DNA from: an uncultured Oscillospiraceae bacterium
Lineage (GTDB): Bacteria > Bacillota > Clostridia > Oscillospirales > Ruminococcaceae
DNA: 64,000 nucleotides
Assembly: GCA_934513685.1 (NCBI GenBank)
Contig: CAKSWY010000002.1
Span: 57,946 to 121,945, forward strand
Reading direction: 5' to 3'
Part shown: positions 57,381 through 64,000 of the stretch, one piece after another
How positions within the stretch are numbered: the first letter of the stretch is position 1
Layout of the letters: every line of letters begins with the position of its first letter
The notes under the pieces: model-generated
What the model was told of the DNA's origin: nothing
What the model saw: the letters and a program-made list of their open reading frames with translations, nothing else
The model's database searches: none
Made by a program: the position numbers and the translations under genes

Positions 57381-58008
57381 TTAGCTGCGGCGCGGCAGCG
57401 GGGGCGGCGTGCCCGTGCCGGGGACCGCGCGGCGCACCGGAAGCGGCGGCCGCTGCGGGGCCTCCAGCAGCTTGGGCGAAATGGTGGGAAAGCGCCCGCT
57501 CGCCACACCGGCCCGGTGCCAGTCCGCCACATCGCCGTTGGCCATGGAGTCATAGCGGGTCACCGCCGGGTCGTGGATCATATCCTTCACCAGCTTTTCC
57601 GCCACCGTGAGCATCGAGCTGGTATAAATTTTCCATTCGTCAATGCAGGCGGCCCCGCTGCGGAATACGTTGGGGCTGGCCAGCCGCCGCTTTGCCGGGT
57701 AGGCAGCTTTCACGCTTTTCAGCGGATAGCCCAGAAACACCGCCACCTCCGCGCTCATAGAGGAACAGCTCTTGGGGGAAGCGTCGTCCCGGTCGGTGAG
57801 GTAATGGCTGGGGGCGTGCACCGTGATCCGGAAACGAAACTCCTCGCCCGGCTCACAGGCCACCTCCTCCACCGTCACATACCGGGGGTTGAACATACCC
57901 CGCAGAACGTTCCAGTCGTTGCGGATGGCCTCGCGGGATTCCCCGTCCGAAATGGAAACGGGCACGCTGCTGCCCCGCTCGTCCGTATAAGTCGTGCTGT
58001 ATGCCATG
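57381..58008 (-). CDS. Ubiquitin-conjugating enzyme (E2/UBC fold)-like protein
   Basis: ~209 aa from ATG 58008 (RBS AAGGAGGAG). UBC-like core EFRFRITVHAP..YPLKSVKAAYPAKRRLASPNVFRSGAACIDEW aligns to the eukaryotic E2 Y-P-F-K-P-P-K-V-x-F...HPN(V/I)...G-x-(I/V)-C-L-D block, including the catalytic Cys. Confidence 0.7.
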
Positions 58009-58020
58009 CTTCTCCTCCTT

Positions 58021-59279
58021 TTACTCCAAATGCTGCACCCGATGCATCTGCTCCGGGTCGCCCCGCAGGGCAAACACAAGCGTTTCCCGGCTGCCGTTGG
58101 CCTGCGTGCAGAGCACCTTCAGATGCGCGCCCAGCGGGTAGCCCAGCTGAAACAGGGTCCGTTCTTTCATCTCCGGGTCGCTCTCGGGCGAAAATGCATA
58201 AAGCACATCATCCATTGCGAAATCCACGTCGTACCGGGCCGGGCGGCCGACGGCGCGGCAGGCCTCACAGCGCAGATCCTGCAAAAAGGTGCGGCCCTCG
58301 TGCCGCATCACCTTGATAGGCGCGCCGCAGACGTGGCACAGGTCGCTGCGGATGAACCCGGTGTAGGTGCGCTGGTTGTAATTCAGCCAGTGAACCTGCA
58401 GCTCAAAGGCTGCCTGACCCAGCCGGGCGGCGATCTGCTCCAGCGCCTGTCCCAGCGTAAGTTCCAGCACCGTGCCCTCCAGCCAGAGGATCTCCTTCGG
58501 CGGCTGAACCGCACAGCCCGGGCAGCCCCGCTTCGCCTTGGGGTGGGTCACGGTCAGCTCCATATTCGGATAGGCGTAATAGGTCAGGCGCCGGTTCATG
58601 GCCTCTTTCACGCCGATCACCTGCGCGCGGAATTGCTCCGCCGTCAGGTTGGCCGCATGGCTGCTGGCCAGCCCGCTGGTGCGCACCGGCACCGTCTCAC
58701 CGTCCACCGCGCGCAGCTGCGGCCCGCTGCAGGAGGTGCGCACGGCTCCGTTTTCCAGCCAGCGCTCGTCCATCAGGCAGCGCAGGCAGAACTCTCGGCC
58801 GTCCATCATGACACTGCGCGCCATTTCGTCCTGCGTTCCGTCCATAATCACCACCGGGCGGCGCTCCGGCGGCAGCTGCATCCACAGCTCGTTGAACAGG
58901 GCCTTGGCCGCGTAATTGTCCAGGCACAGCACCACCACGTCGTAGTCCGCCAGTGCCTCCGGGCCGATCCTGCACAGGTCCGTGTCCACCCCGTTTGCGG
59001 TGCAGCCCTCTTCCAGAAACGGCTGCACCCGCCGGGCCACGCACCGGGCCTTGTTTTGGCCCACATCCTCCGGCGTGCGCACCAGGCAGCTGTGCTTGGC
59101 GGCATTTTCCAGCGTAAAGGTGTCAAAGTCGAGCAGGTCCAGGCTGCATCCCATTTTCACCAGCGCTTCCGCCACGTTAGACCCCACCGCGCCCGCGCCG
59201 CAAATGAGCACGCGTTTTCCGCCGAACAGCGGCCGATAGGCCGACAGCTTCAACGGATTGTACAGACGATCCTCCATCA
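58021..59279 (-). CDS. ThiF/MoeB-type ubiquitin-activating (E1)-like enzyme with C-terminal Cys-rich domain
   Basis: ~419 aa from ATG 59279 (RBS AGGAGG). Rossmann motif KRVLICGAGAVGSNVAEALVKMG, then LDLLDFDTFTLENAAKH; four C-x-x-C pairs in the C-terminal third. Confidence 0.8.
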
Positions 59280-59312
59280 TTTCCTCCTGTTTTGTTTCCG
59301 TCCTCGGCGACC

Positions 59313-59786
59313 TCAAAGAATGGGCCGCCCGTTGGGGGCAATTCGATGGCCGTTCGGGCAGCGATAACATCCGGCCGTTTCATTCCAGAAAATTTTCTGG
59401 GGCTGCCCGGGCAGGTTCCGCGCCCGGTCGATTGGGCAGCACGGGAACTGATCCGGCCGAATGCCCCGCGGCCCCGCGCCTGCCGCCGGGAGGGTGCGTC
59501 GCACCGCCGGTTCCGACCGCGAGGGCCGGGCGGTTCGCGGGTTCCGGTGGTTGATCGGCTCTTCCCGCCGCGCCGGGCGTACGTTTGCCGGGGCGGCCAG
59601 TCTCGGCCGATTTCCCACAGGCTGCCGAAGCGCCGCCGGGCGGCTCGCGCTGCCTCTCCCCTGCGGCAGAGGCGGCGGCTGTCTGCTTTTGTACGATGGT
59701 TTGCTGCGGCGGTTCAGGGCCATCCAGGCAGCCCCACCGCCCAGCAGCAGAATCGCCCCCGCTGCAATGCAAATCCAGTTCAGCAT
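59313..59786 (-). CDS. Small membrane-anchored protein with Arg/Pro-rich disordered tail
   Basis: 157 aa; good RBS GAGGAAGGA 7 nt upstream of the ATG; N-terminal TM helix MLNWICIAAGAILLLGGGAAWMAL; the rest is low-complexity R/P-rich. High GC makes a spurious ORF possible. Confidence 0.4.
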   Translation of the reverse strand: MLNWICIAAGAILLLGGGAAWMALNRRSKPSYKSRQPPPLPQGRGSASRPAALRQPVGNRPRLAAPANVRPARREEPINHRNPRTARPSRSEPAVRRTLPAAGAGPRGIRPDQFPCCPIDRARNLPGQPQKIFWNETAGCYRCPNGHRIAPNGRPIL

Positions 59787-59828
59787 GTACGATTCCTTCC
59801 TCGTTTTGCGGTGTTTGTCCGAAAATGA

Positions 59829-60146
59829 TTAAGCCACGCCGCCGTCGTCCGAAATGGTCAGCACATCGCCGTTCATCAGCCCCATGCCCTCCACCGTCTC
59901 GTTCTCATCGCAGCTTTCCACACCGGTGCGCTTATTCACAAACACCAGCTTGGCCGCGTCCCTCCGGATTCCCAGATCCTGCGCATACGCGTCCAACAGC
60001 TGGCCCATGGTGTTGCCTCCCACCACCGGGACCTTGGCGTAGGTCACGCCGCTGCCCTTGTTCACCAGATCGATCTCCATCATGGTCTGGGTGGTGCTGT
60101 CCTGCATGGTCGCTTCGCTCGCATCAAATTTGTTCCGTTCCGTCAT
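59829..60146 (-). CDS. Ubiquitin-like (beta-grasp) protein with C-terminal ...GG-VA
   Basis: ~105 aa from ATG 60146 (RBS GAAAGGGAG). ~80-aa beta-grasp-sized core ending LTISDDGGVA*; first gene of the operon that also encodes E1, E2 and JAB. Confidence 0.7.
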   Translation of the reverse strand: MTERNKFDASEATMQDSTTQTMMEIDLVNKGSGVTYAKVPVVGGNTMGQLLDAYAQDLGIRRDAAKLVFVNKRTGVESCDENETVEGMGLMNGDVLTISDDGGVA

Positions 60147-60169
60147 GGTTCGTCTCCCTTTCTGCACTC

Positions 60170-60563
60170 ATACTGTGTGTTGTATCCGGATTCCGCAGCT
60201 TCTTGTGAAAGCCTCGTGTCCGGATTTCTTTATGTCAAAACTCTCGCCGCCGGATGCATATTGTCGGATATACGATGCAACTTTTCAAAATTTGCTGCAA
60301 TTGGAGGAATTGACGCGAAACAGCAAAAGCCGCGGTGTCTGCACACCGCGGCTTTTCTGCTTTATTTTATAGGACATATGGTACGATAGGCACGCACAGG
60401 GAAGGCTTTGCTGCATTGGCATTCCCCTCGAGAGGATTTGATTGGTGTTATCGCATTAATTGTTTACGTAATTACTTGCGGAAGCTTGAACGGCGGCCGA
60501 AATGGCAGCATATTAGATTCACATACGATATACTTTCTTTCCTTTGGAGCGTTCAACCTCCAA
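60170..60563. promoter_or_regulatory. AT-rich intergenic region between the Ubl operon and the CRISPR array (Ubl-operon promoter region / CRISPR trailer)
   Basis: ~400 bp, distinctly AT-richer than its surroundings. Four direct CCGGAT/TCGGAT repeats (60185, 60220, 60250, 60275) and a perfect 14-bp hairpin aaaagccgcggtgt-ctgc-acaccgcggctttt at 60325-60356. Confidence 0.45.
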
Positions 60564-62056
60564 GAGTCACCCCTGCGTATACGGGGGAAAAGCCAGCGCC
60601 ATCTGCAACTTCGCAATGGCCGTAGGATCACCCCCGCGCATGCGGGGAAAAGTCTCCGATAAAAACGGTGTTTCCGCCGGACGGGGGATCACCCCCGCGC
60701 ATGCGGGGAAAAGCTTTGACCCAAAGTTGGCCCGGTTGTGTCCTACGGGATCACCCCCGCGCATGCGGGGAAAAGGCCTGAACGACCGAGAAAATGCCCG
60801 CGATGGTGGGATCACCCCCGCGCATGCGGGGAGAAGAGTTTTTAAACGATGCACCGTCAGTCCATGTGGGGATCACCCCCGCGCATGCGGGGAGAAGTGT
60901 GAAAATCGGCCCGGACACCTACCGCAAAAAGGATCACCCCCGCGCATGCGGGGAGAAGTTGGCTTTTTACAATCCGTGTTATAGGGCTTTAGGATCACCC
61001 CCGCGCATGCGGGGAAAAGGGTAAAAGGTGCCGTCGCCGGGCACCAGCCAGGGGATCACCCCTGCGTATGCGGGGAAAAGCAGGCAAGGCCGGGGCCGAC
61101 GGTCACGGTCATGGGATCACCCCCGCGCATGCGGGGAAAAGTACCGATTTCGGCGGCACACGCCAATGTACTCAGGATCACCCCCGCGCATGCGGGGAAA
61201 AGTTTGTCGGCAGCTGCGTAAAGAATTCAACCACGGGATCACCCCCGCGCATGCGGGGAAAAGTGCAGCGCCGACTAAAAAATATAGGCAATGCCAGGAT
61301 CACCCCCGCGCATGCGGGGAAAAGAACATTTTTGCACATAACAGCGTACTTAAATTGGGATCACCCCCGCGCATGCGGGGAAAAGTTGTGCATAATTGTC
61401 CATATGCAGCACATCACAGGATCACCCCCGCGCATGCGGGGAAAAGAAACAGTCCTCAAAACCGACGACCCATCGGTTAGGATCACCCCCGCGCATGCGG
61501 GGAAAAGCAGCGTCCACAGCCCTGCAACAATCATACATAAGGATCACCCCCGCGCATGCGGGGAAAAGGAAATTTGTGCTTGATGGGATGCAAGCGGCGG
61601 GGGATCACCCCCGCGCATGCGGGGAAAAGAACTCGCCCGTCTCCATGTTCTCGACGCCCACAGGATCACCCCCGCGCATGCGGGGAAAAGTGAGTTATAA
61701 TAAAGACGATGAAAGGAGTGATAGGATCACCCCCGCGCATGCGGGGAAAAGACATTGTGAGGTGCGTATGAATTTTTTGAAGTGGGATCACCCCCGCGCA
61801 TGCGGGGAAAAGCATTTTTTGAGAAGGGGGGTGAATTTGTGAGCGGGATCACCCCCGCGCATGCGGGGAAAAGACACTCCCTGACGCAATCAACAACGGC
61901 GTCGAGGGATCACCCCCGCGCATGCGGGGAAAAGCCGGCGCATCTTCCACCCCCGAGGCCCGGAGCGGGATCACCCCCGCGCATGCGGGGAAAAGAAGGC
62001 TGCGATCGTATGTTTGGCCCGTGAGACGGGATCACCCCCGCGCATGCGGGGAAAAG
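60564..62056 (-). CRISPR. CRISPR array, type I-E-like: 25 repeats of 28 nt (GGATCACCCCCGCGCATGCGGGGAAAAG on + strand), 24 spacers of 32-34 nt
   Basis: 61-62 nt periodicity; the repeat has an internal CCCCGC-GCAT-GCGGGG hairpin. The repeat at 60564 is degenerate (gagtcacccctgcgtatacgggggaaaag); variants occur at 61053 and at 60809/60870/60931 (GAGAAG). Orientation is assigned tentatively from the degenerate terminal repeat and the co-oriented cas genes. Confidence 0.9.
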
Positions 62057-62073
62057 ACTAAAAAGATCCCGTA

Positions 62074-62967
62074 TCACCGACTGTATCCGTTGCGTTCCGC
62101 TCCATTTTCGTTTAGTTTCGCATAAACTTTCTGCGTCAAACGGCAGTCGGGCACCGCCCGGTGCTCTACCTTGTCTGCCAGCGCAAAATGCTGCGCCAGT
62201 GCAAGCAGTTTATAACTGGACAGGCCCAGTATTTTTCGCCGTGCAAGAGGAAGGAGATCGATTTTCCGGTTGGCCAAAACCGGTTTCATGTTCCGAATGC
62301 AGGCCATACGCAGAAATTCCAAATCAAATTGCAGGTTGTGTCCCACCAAAGTATCTTTGCCTACAAAGCGCAGGAACGCCTCCAGCGCATCCGCGGCGTC
62401 CATACCGCCTTCCAGTTCTTCCTGTGTGATGCCCGTCAGGCGGGCAATTTCTGCGGGCAACGGCGTTTCCAGCCGCACCAGCGCCGAAAACTCCTCTCCT
62501 GGCTGCCCATCCCGGACCCGGACCGCGCCATACTCCACGATTGCATCCGTTGCCGCATGCAGTCCTGTTGTTTCAAGGTCGATCACGGTATAATCCTGCT
62601 TTCCGGGCGGTCGGGCAGCTCTTTGCGCCATTTTCTGTGCCATCTGATACTTTGCCGCCTTGCTGAATCCCGGTTTCAGCTCCAACGCCTCGACCTGGGG
62701 TTGCGCTTGCGGAAGCGGACGGCGCATCAGCTTAATGCCGTCGTAATCCACCACTTCCCAGTTAGTATTATGGGTGCGGAATTCCATCTTCTGCTCGCCG
62801 GCCGCTGTATAGACCATCGTCGCCTGTCCATTTTTCAGGTACTGGCAGACCCGATCCCAGACCGCATCCCGCACGCGGCTGCTCACGTTCCCCACGTAGA
62901 CGCCGGTGTTGATCTCACACAGCCATTTGGACAGATCTCCCCGCAGGCGCGGCGGGCAGCTGGTCAT
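62074..62967 (-). CDS. cas2: CRISPR-associated Cas2 fused to DnaQ-like 3'-5' exonuclease (type I-E Cas2-DnaQ)
   Basis: N-terminus PPRLRGDLSKWLCEINTGVYVGNVSSRVRD matches E. coli Cas2 [26 protein letters not shown]. C-terminal DEDDh exonuclease motifs (VIDLETTGL, GHNLQFDLEFL, YSR). The true start is probably upstream at a non-ATG codon (~62982), restoring the IVVLT beta-strand. Confidence 0.85.
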   Translation of the reverse strand: MTSCPPRLRGDLSKWLCEINTGVYVGNVSSRVRDAVWDRVCQYLKNGQATMVYTAAGEQKMEFRTHNTNWEVVDYDGIKLMRRPLPQAQPQVEALELKPGFSKAAKYQMAQKMAQRAARPPGKQDYTVIDLETTGLHAATDAIVEYGAVRVRDGQPGEEFSALVRLETPLPAEIARLTGITQEELEGGMDAADALEAFLRFVGKDTLVGHNLQFDLEFLRMACIRNMKPVLANRKIDLLPLARRKILGLSSYKLLALAQHFALADKVEHRAVPDCRLTQKVYAKLNENGAERNGYSR

Positions 62968-62975
62968 CGTCAGAA

Positions 62976-63929
62976 CTACAATGGCTCCTCACCCTCTTCC
63001 CAGGCAGCATAGTTGATGCCGTTGGACACCGTGCCGAGGTTGTTGTCCCAAAGATACACGGCATCCGGTTCTTCCATCTGTTCTCCGTCGCTCAGCAGCA
63101 GCCAGCGAATGTCATGCACCATCCGTTCCAGAATATGGTGCTCCACCATGGCATCCCGCACACGGCGGCGCACAACGGCAGGCAGGTCTTCCGGTGCCTG
63201 CGTTGCAACCTCAAATGCGATGGGAATGGTCACCTCGGCCTTATACAGGTCTGCAATGTCGTACACAAAAGAACACTCATGGCCGACATGCACAAACCCC
63301 AGCCCTGGTGCGCAGCCCAACGCGACAATGACCGCATGCGCCAGCCCATACAGGCACGCATGCCCGGCCGACAGCGCCTGATTGACCAGGTCTCCTAACG
63401 CAAAATCCTCCGGGCGGTACAGCCGTCCACTCCATGGCACGCCGGTTTCTTTGGACGCCTTGCGGTAGACGTTCCTCACACGGCTGCCCTCCCGGCCGCG
63501 TAGCTGCTGCATCGTAAGGTTGGAAACATCTTCTTCAGGGAAACGCAGCTGATACATCTTACGCACCACGTCCAAATGCTTCCGTTGGTTGCTGACAAGT
63601 TCTGCCTGCCGAATCAGCATCCTGGAATGGGTGGTCAGCGGGCGTCCGTGGGCGTAGTAGCGCACGCCGTGCTCTCCCACCCAGACAGCTCCCACGCCGG
63701 TATCGCCCATCAGCTCCATAGCGCGATGGGTCACGCGGGTGCCAGGCCCAAGCAGCAGCACCGAGATGCCCGCCGCCGGGATCTGGACGACGCCTTTTTC
63801 GTCCGTCACGGTAATGGCACCGTCCTGCCGCCCCAGCGTACAGTGTTCCAGATACAGAAACGTCATCCGGTCTTTTACCTGTGGCAGTGCCTGCAAATCA
63901 GGCCGGATCATGCCCGGAAGTTCATCCAT
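62976..63929 (-). CDS. cas1: CRISPR-associated endonuclease Cas1, type I-E
   Basis: 317 aa; closely alignable to E. coli Cas1/YgbT (GTRVTHRAM, VWVGEHGVRYYA, DVVRKMYQLRF, LRGREGSRVR, GFVHVGHECSFVYDIADLYK); RBS GGAGGAA. Confidence 0.92.
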   Translation of the reverse strand: MDELPGMIRPDLQALPQVKDRMTFLYLEHCTLGRQDGAITVTDEKGVVQIPAAGISVLLLGPGTRVTHRAMELMGDTGVGAVWVGEHGVRYYAHGRPLTTHSRMLIRQAELVSNQRKHLDVVRKMYQLRFPEEDVSNLTMQQLRGREGSRVRNVYRKASKETGVPWSGRLYRPEDFALGDLVNQALSAGHACLYGLAHAVIVALGCAPGLGFVHVGHECSFVYDIADLYKAEVTIPIAFEVATQAPEDLPAVVRRRVRDAMVEHHILERMVHDIRWLLLSDGEQMEEPDAVYLWDNNLGTVSNGINYAAWEEGEEPL

Positions 63930-63956
63930 GGCCAGTTCCTCCGCGCAGGATCGTCA

Positions 63957-64000
63957 TCAAGCCAAGGCCGTAGGCTTTGCCGCGGCCAATGCCCTGACAC
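63957..64000 (-). CDS. 3' end of upstream cas gene (partial; possibly cas6e by I-E gene order)
   Basis: Minus-strand reading ...VRALAAAKPTALA* ends 27 nt upstream of cas1. Only 14 codons are visible; identity is inferred from canonical I-E order. Confidence 0.3.
   Translation of the reverse strand, partial: VRALAAAKPTALA

Noticed and set aside
59292-59832. Plus-strand ORFs of 178 and 123 aa between the E1 and Ubl genes
   Set aside because: Arg/Pro/Ala-rich low-complexity translations antisense to the minus-strand operon. The minus-strand small-TM ORF with a good RBS is the better candidate for this space.
60544-62125. Multiple plus-strand ORFs with repetitive ...GSPPRMRGK.../...ITPAHAGK... 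translations
   Set aside because: These are translations of the CRISPR repeats in different frames (periodic 61-nt repeat), not protein-coding genes.

Overview
High-GC (~60%) chromosomal segment from a Firmicutes/Clostridia-type spore-forming lineage (Oscillospiraceae/Ruminococcaceae-like gene order; lineage guess is inference). Core-gene synteny dominates: ybaB-recR; tRNA-Leu; rluD-like; ilvD with a divergent LysR; mgtE; dnaE-pfkA; whiA-rapZ-murB-glcK-hprK; nadE; hcp; a MacB/FtsX-type ABC export operon; the yabN(mazG)-hup-yabO-yabP-yabQ-divIC-yabR sporulation cluster; a livFGMHJ branched-chain amino-acid ABC transporter; xpt. A ~2.3 kb stretch (5.5-7.8 kb) is a pseudogene graveyard: a multiply frameshifted LysR gene and a lipoprotein-flavodoxin/aldo-keto-reductase chimera. 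The 3' ~11 kb is an accessory/defence island. It holds a nine-gene minus-strand operon (53.1-60.1 kb) encoding a ubiquitin-like protein (C-terminal ...GG-VA), a ThiF/MoeB-type E1, a UBC-type E2 (HPN-like catalytic motif) and a JAB/JAMM peptidase. These are tightly coupled to a transglutaminase-like cysteine protease, an SPFH/band-7 protein with a C-terminal zinc ribbon, and two small membrane/zinc-ribbon proteins. Immediately next to it is a type I-E CRISPR-Cas locus: 25 repeats (28 nt), cas2 fused to a DnaQ exonuclease, cas1, and a partial upstream cas gene at the window edge. The Ubl/E1/E2/JAB plus TGase/SPFH module beside CRISPR-Cas is the most likely candidate for a novel or poorly described conjugation-based defence system (Bil/Bub-like). 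Many long high-GC antisense ORFs in the six-frame track are rejected as spurious.
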